Assembly: GCA_040954595.2 (NCBI GenBank)
Contig: CM082594.2
Span: forward strand, 8,129,573 to 8,193,572
Reading direction: 5' to 3'
Length of the DNA stretch: 64,000 bases
Source: Balanoglossus misakiensis
Taxonomy: Eukaryota; Animalia; Hemichordata
The notes beneath the pieces are model-generated. The model searched no databases. It worked only from the letters and a program-made list of their open reading frames with translations, and was not told the DNA's origin. Position 1 is the stretch's first letter; each line of letters starts with the position of its first letter. Shown here piece after piece: positions 52,101 to 64,000 of the stretch. A program made the position numbers and the translations under genes.

Positions 52101-55100
52101 ATGAATAGCCCTTGTTTAGCTTCACTACATGGTGAGCCTAATTATAGGGTACTGACCATTTGCAACATAGTCACAGCCTAGTTGATCCCGACCTCCATTT
52201 GGATAAAAATCAACATGTCCACTCTGCCAGGAAAAAAAAAAAACCAATGCTACATTTCAGGTTTTATCAGGAATTTAAATTTCATTATTTTTAAATATTG
52301 TTCCAGGAAATGTTTATGTTGTTTGATCCTCAATTACATGAAACCTATAGGCCTAATCATTTTTCTGCAGCAATATCTAGTGTGGGTATCCACTATCAAA
52401 AGAATATATGATACACTATTATCTTGGTTAAAATATACTGCAGTTAGGCCAACCTGACCAGTAAACAGCAAGAAAGACAACATTTCAGAGATAAATTATA
52501 CTGTATTCACCTCTTGGTGGATTCCCATACCATATAAAGGTTCACAATCGGTGTGCATCACATCAACAAACTGGGCATCTGAGGGATCCAGGCGCACAGC
52601 TTCATGTTCGTATTCAAAATTAGGTCCAGCTGGGTCCAGACCTGATCAGAAAACTAACAATGGTCAACGAAAAGGAAAATCTTGTACATGTATGTCTAAC
52701 TTACATAAGTGCAAAAATGTATAGTGTACCGGTACTATAATAAGGAAGGTGAGAATTATTAGCAAATCTGCATGTCTAAATTCCAAGAGGAAATTGGCAA
52801 TGTTATGTTTTTAAAATGACTTCTCAAATTCGACACCAGTAAACCAGTCAGATGATTATCCTATACTGCTTGAATCGGCATTTCCTCGCATACCTGAGAT
52901 TCTGCCTAAAAACGGAGTGCCTTCACCAAAGTAGCCACAACAGTGCCCACCAAGACTGTGTCCAACACAGTGCATATCGGCGAATGTTTGCGCAGTTTCT
53001 GTGTAGAGGAATTTAGCGAAGAGTTCCGCCTCTGCGCCCACAACTCTAGTGTTGGCCACAGACTGGAAGTATCCAGCTTTGGCACCCCCTGACCAGTCAG
53101 TTATGAAAACGTTGTAATTATGCTGCAAAAAATATATGTCATATCGTTATATTTTAAAACTTATATAGACATCCACCCATAGTGGTAAACAAAAACACTT
53201 CTTTAGATATAACAGAATTGTACTATGAAGAGCTAAACCAGTGAACTGAAATTCTGGAAAGTCATGTATTTATCAAGTTGAAAAAGGAAGACAGCTAAAT
53301 GGTTATACAGACTTCATCCAGAATTTTTACATTGTATACCATGATCTCCCCCATTTCACTTTACAATGTACATGGATTCTTCTATGTAGCTTGAAAACAA
53401 TATGGTTGATTCAAATTTTTTACAGCAGAAGGGGGTAAAGTCAATAGCAGGTGCTTACATTATCCAAGAAGGCATCCTTCATGTTATGCATCCAAAATAT
53501 ATCACCACCGTTCAACCATCCGTGAATGATGAAAACCGTCATGCGATTTGGGTCAAAATTGGACACAGCCAAGCCTGCTGGGTCATTTCTGTCCAGAAAC
53601 TGTCCGGTGGTGGGGTTCTGTTGAGTGTACAACTCAAACTGGGTGTTGATGTGGGCTGGATCTTCTGGCAGCTCGTTCACATTGTCATAGGGAGGATCAT
53701 TGGTGAAACACCGGTTGTCCAGTTCAGGGTAGCACACACTGGCGGCCATGCCTGGATTTTGTGGTATGCAAGGAGTGAACAAGTAAAAAAATGGTTGGTT
53801 TTGGTAACTAAAAGTTGTCAACTGCTTCAGTATTCCCGTCCCATGCGTATGGAAACACGGGCGTGTCTGATGAATGGTGGGACAGATATTTTTGCAGACA
53901 CTACCTCAGCCATACCAAAATGGAAACCCCCTCTTTAATACAGAATACAAAAAGGATAAAATATATGTACTCACCTAGTGTGACTAAGGAAGCCAACATA
54001 CAGAGATTCAAAATCATATTTGACACAGTCTCTCTGATAACTAGTCAGTGAAATATGCCTGCCAAGAAAAAAGTTTCGAATAAGTTGCAATATATGTAAT
54101 CTTGCAGAGGGTTAAACAACTGTTGCTTGGAGGGAAACATGAGAAACACCATTTTATTAGCTATGCATTATAAATAAGGTTGCTTGTTATATGCAAAACC
54201 TACACAAAATCATTTTTCTGACTTTGAGTTTTTTTTAAAAATATATGTAAGCCAGGTAGGAAAAATGTCTGTATACGTAACATATGTAAACAGCAACAAA
54301 GACTCAAAGTATACTCACAGTCTTGTAAGACCAGCTGCTGTATTCAAGTACAGTCCTCCAAACCTGAAATGATGTAGGTAAAATCCTTAAATATAAACTA
54401 GAGTTGATGGGAATTCAACATATGGGTTCAAGATAATATCAAAAGAAGTTGCTGACATCTGATGATGTACCTGTTTTAGAGATATGTACCAGCCGCTTTT
54501 ATCTGGGTTTTTTACGTTTTTTTTGTGTGCAAATTTGGAAAATGTCATTGACCTGTGTATTGCAAAGTAGAACAGAAAATTATGATGGCAATCAACACCA
54601 TTACGCATCTGCAGATTCATTGTCTGTGAGTTAGTTTGGCCACAAGACATATGGACCAGCTGTCTTCATATTGAGCTATGACAGAGCTGAGTGTCATGGC
54701 TGTCAGTGAATTCAGGACAGGCGCAAACTATTCAAAAGTTCTCTAAAGTGGTTTGACTGATATGAATGTATATTGTATATACTGATTAACTTAATTCAAA
54801 CACCATAGTGTTGATTTTAACAGAACAGTATCTGCAGTGATATCATACAATTCATAATAATGATAAAGATGAGAGCAAAATGTAGGACACCCCTTTCTTG
54901 AAGAATTATTAAGAGTAGAATTTCTGTATCATTTTATAGCTATGCTGGCGACTGTGATATTGCCATTGGGGTGTCACGTTTCAACGCTGGTATCGAAGAT
55001 ATTCAGGTTGGTAGAATTAATATTATTACGAATATCTGATATGCCATAGGCAAAATCATGGTGTAAACATCAATCTCGGGTTTTGAAGCCATTTTTGGTC

Positions 55101-58100
55101 AAAAACTTGTCTGGATTCTTTGAAAGTTTGTTTGCTTGGTCGTAGGGGTGTTCTTGTTATGATAGCAAAAACAAAATTATGAGGAAAAGAACAATATCTG
55201 AATCAATATTTAATAATAATAATTCTATTACCTCCTGCTCAGATCCATGGTACACTCCGAGTTGAGATGAAACCACTTATCAGTACAGTGCCCTTGATTG
55301 GTGCAATCACTGTCTACTTCTTGAATATGCCGGTAGGTTGTCATGGCTACACACCATGAGTACGCACATTACCTTATATTTATGTCTTTGATAATTTTCT
55401 AATTTAACCATGATAGTGCAATTCATCAGCTGTCCTACTGTTCCTGACTTTTCTTCGGAGAAACTCATCGACACAATGAGAAACTTCAGATTTCCATTGG
55501 CAACAATCAGATAGAAAACTGACTTCTCTTTTCACTCCCCGATCTCTTTTCAATGTCTCTGCATGTAGGAATTGGATTTCAATATGACTGACATGGCTAA
55601 TATCCTTGATATTCCTGGTCTGAGGTAAGTTCATTTGCAAAGGCCACTTGCAATGGGTCTCGAATCGGTACAGTTTGAAGTTTTCAGTACTTTCGTTACA
55701 CTTACATAACAATTCCTTCTGTGATTTCTTCCACCAGTGGAACTCTGAGAGACATCATTGAAGATCAACTGAGTCAATTCCTGGTCTTGCCAAACAGACT
55801 TGTCATACCCTTGGCTAAGGACATGGACCTCATTAAGCTGAAGAGTCCCTTGCCAAAGGTATATAACATCAAACACAACCGATTATCATTTGTCTTTCTA
55901 TTTGAGTATACCTTTCCACAGATAGAAAGTCCTGGTCAGACAAAGAATAAACATTGCAAAAGGGGAATCTTCACCAGAAGATGTTGTTACATTGTGTGAA
56001 CAAGAGTATCTTGTATTGAGGATTAAAAAGCATAATAGACAGTTTGTCATAGTTGCTGTTTTATCTTTGAAGGGTGTCTTGCGTATTGGTGTGAAAGGAG
56101 CCAGGGACCTAATGAAGAAAGATAAGGCTGTCTTCGGGAAAAGCTCATCAGATCCATACTGTGTTTTACATAGTGAGTGAATCCAGTACTATCTCCCTCT
56201 CAGCTACCTGTCTTCACATATGGCTACTTCATATTGGTCTATAATTGATCTCAGTGTCAAAATTTAATTGACATTCTATGATAGAAGCAGTATAATACAT
56301 TTGACAACATCCTTGTTGAATAATTGCAGTTTATCCTGACAATTTTTGACAATTTCAGTTGGTGGCCAGAAGTTCAAGACTAAGACTATGGATTCCACTG
56401 TCAACCCGGTGTGGGACAAATACTTTGAGGTAAGATGAAGATCATCTCCTCGAAGAAGACACAGAGACCAAAAGAAATATTAAAACTACCATAGTGATAC
56501 TGACCATTTCACTTGAGCCTCGTGGCTGAATTCCAAGTTTTAAATCCAAAATGTTTGATGATTTGACTTACACAGGCTATAGTAGATGAACCACTGGGCC
56601 AAGTCGTGGATATTCAACTCTGGGATGAAGATATGGGTTCCAAAGACGAGTCGCTTGGTTGGTGAGTACTCATGTGTGCCTTCCACAACTTCTTGGGAGA
56701 GTATCATTGTCAAAAGATACAAAACTGGAAATGAGAAAAAACAAGAGGAAATGTTAATATGGTACTTTGATATTCTTTATCAAATTATGATACAAGAAAA
56801 CTGAGACTTGGTTAATCAGTGAGCAATGGGAGATTCGCACTTGTATGGTCAAAAATAATGTACTACCGGTAAATAAATATACATGTATGTGTTGATGGGT
56901 ACCTGCAGATACCTTGGTGTGGTACCCAGAACCCATTGAACCCAGGGGGCCCACTGTATATACCCAGCATGTTGCATCCAACCAGTGGTAGATTTCTGTG
57001 GGTATACCTACATGCAGCACGGTGATACCTATAGATGTGTGTGTTGTCCAACCACCTCCATTGACATGCTTCCTTGCATTGTTTTGTTTTGTTGTGTATT
57101 ATGATCGTGACAGTTTGCGTATCCAAAGTATTGATCTCATCTCTTAGTTTCCATGACAGCATCCTTCAGTATTTGCCAAACATGGAATACACTGTTTGAT
57201 GTGCAGAATTTTTAGTTTTTCTTTGTATGCCCAAAATGTAGTTGTAGACCAAATTTACTTTGAATTGTTTTATTTTGTTGTGTTTTTCAGAATCAACCAA
57301 CCTAACAACACTAATTTTCCCTAACCTGCCAAACTTGATTTTAAGCTATCGCCACCTCTTTTGAACTAAATCTCACTTCCCCAAACAACTTATTTTTATG
57401 GAAAATTTAACTGCTAACAACTACACTACATGATATATACGCGATAGACACAACCATACTAGGCAACCAATATCATATGCATGCATGTAGTAACACACAC
57501 AATAAACATGCATTATATACACGCGCACATTCATAAATAAATGAATGAATGCATAAACAGACAGATAGATAGATACTGACTGTCACAGACACACACATAG
57601 ACAGACCAGACACACACATAGACAGACACCAACAGTGCACACACAAAGATAAAACAAGCAAACCATGCATACATGAGAACTATATAGAAACACATCTTTT
57701 ACTTTTTCAGTATAAATCCCTTTTGCATGTTCTCCTCCATTCACAGCCTAAGTGTTGACATTGAAGATGTTGTTACCAAGGGCTACATTGACACAGTGAG
57801 TCTTACTCTGTACTCATTTCAACTCTATCTTTCTCAGGAAAATCATATCCATAGCAGATAACCCAAATAAATAAATCCATTACATATATCATGACATTGT
57901 ATTAAGACCCCTATACTCACATTAAAGACCTATCATTCAGACCCGAAATCAACACAACAAGACATTTACGCCAATCTAGGCAGCCAAAGATGGCACAGAA
58001 TGGATGTTATGCAAAGTACTGTACATCTGTACATGAACCGGTATATGATCTTGCAGACATCAGATTTGGAGAATGTCTGTCTTGCTGTTAGTCAGCTACC

Positions 58101-61100
58101 GGTATTTGGCACAAGGGCAATGTATATTTGCTCCATGATATTATCTTTGTAAATCACCACTAGCGTTTCATAATTACACTACAGGATTGAAATTTTATAA
58201 TTGGCTGATCTAGACGTTTATAATTGAAATAACGTGTTGTTTACAGTGGTTACCACTGGAAGAAGCCAAGTCTGGCCAGCTGCATCTCAAACTCATTTGG
58301 ATGACTCTGTCGGATCAAGTGAATGCGCTGCAAGAGGTAGGTCTTACCATCTGCGTTTAACCCTCTACAGAGGGAACTGAGGGTGAAAGGGTTAATACTG
58401 AAATTAATTCACATATCAACAGATATTTATACAAAAGAGAAGCTTGCAACATTAGGCTCTTTGTTTTACAAGATGGCTAAAAGTCTGATGTGAATATTAA
58501 GTGGGCAAGAGTCAGTTGACATTTTTACCACACATACATCTTACATCAACTTATACAGATATGTATAATTTCATTGTCATGTGCCAATTAACCCTTTGCT
58601 GTTATCATTGTGTAAGTTTATTTTTCTGTTTATGCATTGGGAGTTGAGAAATCATAAGGACCGGGTTGCACTTTGATATGAATTGATTTGGGTGATAAAG
58701 GGTTGATGATGACTTGTCTTTGCAACCATATTTACTGATTTTTGGAATATTGTTCTTGAATGGTTGGACTTTGTGGTGTTTTTTACTTGTAAGATGGGGC
58801 ACCAGTGTCATTACACATTACTGGTACCCCATCTTGTATCCTATGTGAGTACGTTTTTGCATGATTTTGAATTTCTTATGGTCTTGTCGTCATGTTTTAT
58901 GTTTCTATCACTTTCACTGTAGGCACGGAACAGATTCCGGGTACTGCATGCTTCGTTACCTTTCCCGCTTCCGTGATAAATTATGTGAACTTGTAGAGAC
59001 TAACACCAGATATCTATGGAATGAAGGGTTGCTTCGCTTGCTTCCAGCATGTTGTCATTGATGCTTTAAGCTTTACTTTTGACCAAAAACCTTTGCAACT
59101 ATGGCTGATAAGTACAGTATTGTTAATCCCTGCACCACAAGCACAAACCCACACCGCCAACTCACAGGATTTGCTTTACGTATTTGCACCATACCAGTAG
59201 TAACTGCTAATATGACTAATGCATTTTGTTTGAGTCGATTAATCCTTGTGTTTGATGTCAGACTGAATGAAAGACAGATTGCTTCTCTGTCGATGTCCTC
59301 TCCATCTTTCCGTAACCAACCAGATGAAAATTAATTTAGACCTATGCGTGAGAGATGTTGTATGCACTCTCATTTATCACTTCGCACATTGTACTTGAGT
59401 TGACATCTGTGCAGAGATGTTCTTTGTTTCACTGAACATTTCTGGCTTGGACTATAACTGTGAAGTGGATTCAGCCCTGTTTTGAAAGATGTCTTTGAAT
59501 GTATAAGTTTCAGATATCACGAGAAGTTAACATTTCTTCTTATGGGCTCAGCCCAGTTCCACATAAGTCATCTAGTACTTAATCATGCATGATTCTTGTC
59601 ATTAAAATATATCTGATAACATTGACTTGACATGTCTTCTTTGATAGGCTCTTGAGGAGACCAAACGTCTGAAGGCTCTCGTAGACCAACAGATGGCTTC
59701 CTGTCTGCTGAGTGTCAAGTTGGATTGTGCCAAAGACTTGCCGGTAAGCACATGCAAGCACTCACAACTGCAGACACACATGCATTCATCAAAACCATCA
59801 AACATCACATTTACAAATTCATGTGCTATTACATGTATTATGTTTGCACTTGGCAATGTGCATACATGTGAATGATTGCTTGCAAGAGAACTCCAAATGA
59901 TACGAAAATAATGTCCTCGGAAAGAGTAGAATTTGACGTACTAAGGGTAAAGTCAGTGTGAAATTTATGTTCGTTTCTGTTTGTTAATTATGCTTTTCAT
60001 AACATTCATGTTTCCCTGTATTCCTGTGTACCTGTTTTGCTTTGTTTTGTATTGTTTTGTTCGAGCTTTCACAGTACATTGTATATTTTGTCTCGTTTTT
60101 GTTTTGTTTCTATAGACTGGAAAGAAGGTATGTGTGCAACTAACCATTGTATTGAGTGCTTGAGAAATGCTGTGCTCTGATTGGAATACATTGGCATGAC
60201 AAGATATCTCTTTGATTACATGGCTGTGTGCATTGCTTGCATTTTATTAATATAACCACACACTTTGCAGCAAATATTCTAGAGAAAATAACACGATTGC
60301 CTGTCCACTTTGCCCTCATTTGCACTAATGTGTGCTTTACATATAGCTACTTCAACAAACACTTATTTATTTCATTCATGCAGAGATTTATGCTGGATTG
60401 TTTTACAGACATCATCTTCTTTACAGAACACCTCCTGTATATGGCATAATAAGCTTTATCTAAAGACTCTTAAACGTTTCAGTCTACTATAATTGGCAAA
60501 TATGCATTATGCATGAAAAAAAGCCATACTTTTGACTTGCAGGGTAATTTAATCTTTTGGTGGAATTTCTTCAATCTATGTCGAACAGCCATGAACTAAT
60601 CCACAATATCATTCTTGATCTCATGTAACAATGCAAGCACGACTGCACTGTGTAACCCTTAATTACCATTTTAATTGGGGGAATGTATGCATCCTTCAGT
60701 AGGAAAGACTTCTCCATTTTTGTTTTATTTGTAGTCCAAGAAGACTATTTCTCCACCAAATGCCTATTGTAACTTAACTGTTGGTAACATCAAGAAGAAA
60801 AGTAAGGCAAGTTTTCCATCCATATAGTCAAATCCATAGTAATTCTCTGTTGTCAGGATTGTAAGTTATTAATCTGAAATGATTTCATATAATTATTTCT
60901 TTCACACATTATCCAGGTTAAGGATGAAACCACTGACCCTGTGTGGGAAGAAGTGTATTTCTTCTTGGTACAGAACCCAACATTGCAAACTCTTGACGTA
61001 GAGGTTAGTAGTTGTCTTTCTTTTAATCTGGAACCGAGATTCTGCTCATGCCAATCATGAATGAGTACCAAGTTAGGACTTGAACACCAGCCTAAGATCT

Positions 61101-61423
61101 CTGAACTTTAATCTACAGTACCTGATAATTTATGGACATGGTTATCCAAACTGAAAACATCTAATTTTCTTTTCCAATGATGGTCATGCACAAACATATG
61201 GCTTTGACTTAAAGATATAATCGCAAATGCTCGATTTAATAACACAAATTGTATCCCAACTAACTGAACACAGGTGAAAGATAAGAAGTCATCCAAAGTC
61301 CTGGGAACTGTTGATGTGGCACTGAATCGATTGTTGACTGAACCCAACATGGAGATTGAAGAGAAGGTCCACCTGGAGGATTCTGGACCAAACTCTTTCG
61401 TGTTTCTATCAATGTGCCTTCGA
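46150..61423 (+). CDS. ESYT2: Extended synaptotagmin (ESYT2/3-like): membrane hairpin, SMP, C2A, C2B; probably continues beyond the window. Exons: 46150-46437, 50645-50686, 50830-50967, 51183-51259, 54940-55006, 55243-55332, 55569-55624, 55738-55858, 56073-56172, 56359-56429, 56576-56661, 57747-57795, 58247-58336, 59648-59743, 60735-60806, 60917-61003, 61274-61423
   Basis: [15 protein letters not shown] hairpin; DMPSW|[13 protein letters not shown]; [10 protein letters not shown]; YAGDCDI; [12 protein letters not shown]; FLVLPNRL; C2A GVLRI...ARDLMKKD...SDPYC...NPVWD...WDED; [16 protein letters not shown]; C2B TTDPVWEE. All junctions are phase-consistent. The specific paralog assignment is uncertain. 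Confidence 0.92.
51631..54017 (-). CDS. Secreted pancreatic-lipase-family enzyme (326 aa, PLA1/PLRP2-like, no PLAT domain) nested antisense in E-Syt intron 4. Exons: 54017-53975, 53751-53459, 53122-52894, 52641-52511, 52223-52157, 51848-51631
   Basis: Six GT-AG exons total 981 nt in one frame. Signal peptide [15 protein letters not shown]; TVFIIHGW; ANTRVVG; nucleophile GHSLG; GLDPAGP (Asp); [16 protein letters not shown]; [10 protein letters not shown]; CDHTRA (His). AATAAA at 51548-51553 on the - strand. Confidence 0.92.
58357..58395. repeat. Tiny TTAA-flanked inverted repeat (piggyBac-like relic)
   Basis: TTAACCCT...AGGGTTAA, 39 bp. Confidence 0.3.
58923..58940 (+). other. Candidate 18-nt E-Syt microexon (ARNRFR)
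   Basis: Pyrimidine tract + TAG|GCACGGAACAGATTCCGG|GTACTG; phase 0/0; TGCATG immediately downstream; donor is weak. Confidence 0.35.
60116..60127 (+). other. Candidate 12-nt E-Syt microexon (TGKK) in C2B
   Basis: Very long T-rich tract + TAG|ACTGGAAAGAAG|GTATGT; phase 0/0 between ...KDLP and SKKTISPPN. Confidence 0.6.
60807..60916 (+). other. GC-AG intron in E-Syt
   Basis: AAG|GCAAGT donor is the one that keeps frame with the next exon (KKKSK|[12 protein letters not shown]). Confidence 0.7.
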
Positions 61424-62328
61424 GTGAGTATCCAGATTATAAATTGCTGTCACATCACTACAGCATATTTGATAACCCATAATGTTATATCAATTAGTAG
61501 ATTTGAAAAATGTTAAACATTTAACTAGTACATAAATATTAATTCTGTAATACTAGTATTAAATACATTACTAAACTTAAACATATTGAATTAATATATA
61601 CCCAGTATGTCCTATATTTACTGATTACAGCAGAACCTTTGACTGATAACATTGATTTTCCCAACACGTAGTCTCCAATCCTAAATATTGACAGAATTGG
61701 GTCATACAGATATAGGATATGTGCATGCTGCATATTGTGGCATTTTAATTTGATGAAATGGTCTTACACTTGATCATTGAGATCCTTTACTCATATGTGT
61801 GGTGTGGGATATAATTACAGTAGCATGCTACATGTACCTTACATTGGCATGGGAAATATCCCTGTACAAGATTATGTTGTCATTAAGGTTTGGTATAGGC
61901 ACAGTCCCTCTATCACAGGACTGTGGCACAAGGTTGCAAAGAAGACCATATTGTCATTTTCTGTGATGCATGGTTGTATTCTTTTTCTATGGAAATGTTT
62001 TCCTGTATACCAGGGTATGGTGTTGGATCATTTGTAGATAGGGTAACTCAAGGTTGTGGATGAAAGGAGTTTACATTACCAACAGGCATTACTTGGTGAA
62101 GGGTTGTAACAATACTCCCCTCTACATCTTGGTAGATTTCCTACATATTTTTCTTTCTTCACTTTTTTGTCTTCACCACATCACCAACCATCACCTCTTT
62201 CTTCCTACACACATCACATGTTTCATTACAGGTATTCAAATCCCAAACGAACTCAGTTCACTAACACTCAGTCACAAAATTATCATTGTACCACTTTTTT
62301 TCTTCACATCATCACATTAAACCATCAG

Positions 62329-62385
62329 TCCGTAGTTTCACCTGGATCCAAGTACTACAATAAGCAAATTGATCCAATCGCGGCG
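62329..62385 (+). other. Probable further E-Syt exon (SVVSPGSKYYNKQIDPIAA)
   Basis: CAG acceptor, 57 nt open in phase 0, strong donor GCG|GTAAGT. Confidence 0.5.
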
Positions 62386-62392
62386 GTAAGTT

Positions 62393-62406
62393 GTTACCAT
62401 GGTAAC
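62393..62406. promoter_or_regulatory. Perfect palindromic RFX X-box GTTACCATGGTAAC
   Basis: Exact palindrome just downstream of the 62385 donor. Confidence 0.4.
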
Positions 62407-63807
62407 AGAGCATGCGAAATGTGCACCTCCCACTTGTTGGTGTGACTAATGTTTAACATCCTGGGTTAATAACTTGGTATAAGAGGGAATTTTGGACACA
62501 GATGCACAACTCAGGTGTTTATTCAAAATGTGGCAGTTTAGCGAACTCTGGTATTTTACATTTTATATGTCCACACTCTTTCAAAGGCATCAAATTTTCC
62601 GTTCTTGGTGGGTTTCTGTGCAAAAGAGCTTTGTATGGCTTTTATAAGTGCACACAAACATTTGAGGGAATATCTCAGAATCCGCTGTAGTGAATGTCAG
62701 CTAGACCACTGTGGTGTGTGTGATATGTCAACTGCTATCATGAAGTCACTTGGATAGTGGATGTTGTCAGTTTCGGTACCAATTTGACTCGTGATGGAGA
62801 TTTTTGCAAAGGAGAACATGTTATCGTGTGGCAGAACTGAATTCTGTCAGTTGGGATCATTCACCTCCTCCGTTGCTGGCTACTAAACTGCAAATGTTTT
62901 TTCCAGATTCGCAGGGACCTTTATTGTTTATCATATACATGCTAAGCACATAGCCCTTCTAGCTGCCACATTTCCTGTGTTTGTCTCTCAGAGTTGAGCA
63001 TGAGATATGTAGCTACATCTTTAAGGGTGCTGGCTGGATTGCTGGTTTGGTATTTGTTAGTATCATGCCTAAAAAAACTTGGCACTGGATAGAAGATTTG
63101 CGTGTCTTATGGACAATCTACTATTAAGGTCTGTTACATGGACATGCCTTTGGTTGCTTGGGTTTATGCAAGTTGCCTGATAAAAATCAAATTGCCAGTT
63201 CAAAAACATCCAACTCCGCAAAGAGGAAAAATAAAACCTGTTATACAAATGTGTACTGATGACTGTCTCATGTATTAAAGAGACAGTCCGAATATGAATT
63301 ACTGAAATTCTGCTTTGAAACACTGAAAAGAAATTGGATGTTTTTGAACAGCTTTGCATCGAAGTGCGGGTGAGCTCGTGGCACTGACTCTGTCCTTCAC
63401 TGTGTGTTGTCACCCCCCAGACGGACATCTATGCCTGGGAGGAGACGGCTGATGACAGACACTAAAGAGTCCACTGTAGATGGGTAGGATGAGTGAGACA
63501 GGATGGAATCACAGCTGATCTCCATTTACTCATATTAAACCCTGCTAAAGGATCTATGGCTGATTGCTTTCTTAATACAACCAACATTGTGTTGTGTTTT
63601 ATGTCATTTGCTTATTTGATATTAATTGGTCTTGCATGTTGCATTTTCATGGTAGTCATTATACATCATTTGAAATATTGAAATTTTAACTCCCTTAATA
63701 TGATTATTTAAACGTTTTTCTTCATATCGATATTTATTCAGAACTGTTTTATTCCATTTACATTTATAACACCACATTCCAACTGCAGAAGTTTTCATAT
63801 CAATGAA

Positions 63808-63850
63808 AGTTAGAGCAGATAGCCAAAGTGAGTTAGAGCAGATAGCCAAA
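63808..63850. repeat. Short tandem duplication AGTTAGAGCAGATAGCCAAA x2
   Basis: Two identical 20-mers with a 23-bp period. Confidence 0.7.
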
Positions 63851-64000
63851 TTTAGGGAAGTACTTGCTACATAACTAGGCAACGCTAGCAAAGTGACGAA
63901 GTATAGAAATATGAAATTAACCAATAAATCATGTGGATTGCATGACTAAGGGGTCGGCGAAGTTTTACATCACCATTACAGTGGTTTCAATTCACCTTGA

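Noticed and set aside
53402-53938. 178-aa + strand ORF inside the E-Syt intron
   Set aside because: Antisense to lipase exon 2; E-Syt exons 4 and 5 already join in frame without it.
1-64000. Frequent TACATGTA octamers; search for tRNA, rRNA, snoRNA, CRISPR arrays and transposase ORFs
   Set aside because: The octamer is scattered with no positional pattern and looks like a genome-wide bias. No convincing RNA gene, array or autonomous element was recognisable by eye; an Infernal/RepeatMasker run would be needed to exclude them.

Overview
Eukaryotic (animal, non-vertebrate-looking, AT-rich, intron-dense) genomic window; the ORF track mostly shows single exons or antisense shadows. Hand splicing gives five host genes and one nested gene: SV2-like MFS protein (-, runs off the left edge), CEP152/asterless (-), RALBP1 (+, head-to-head with CEP152), WDR60/DYNC2I1 (-, tail-to-tail with RALBP1), an extended synaptotagmin (+, head-to-head with WDR60, probably runs off the right edge), and a complete 6-exon secreted pancreatic-lipase-family gene lying antisense inside E-Syt intron 4. 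That lipase has a 7-residue mini-lid and no PLAT domain. Other notable points: a candidate alternative first coding exon of CEP152, downstream of a perfect RFX X-box, that would swap the acidic PLK4-binding N-terminus; a U12-type intron in RALBP1; a GC-AG intron and candidate microexons in E-Syt; a Tyr/Asn/Gly/His prion-like exon and a Trp-anchored repeat in CEP152; and a 37-bp-stem palindromic MITE-like element. Gene identities come from recalled family motifs, not database searches, and exon coordinates were read by eye.
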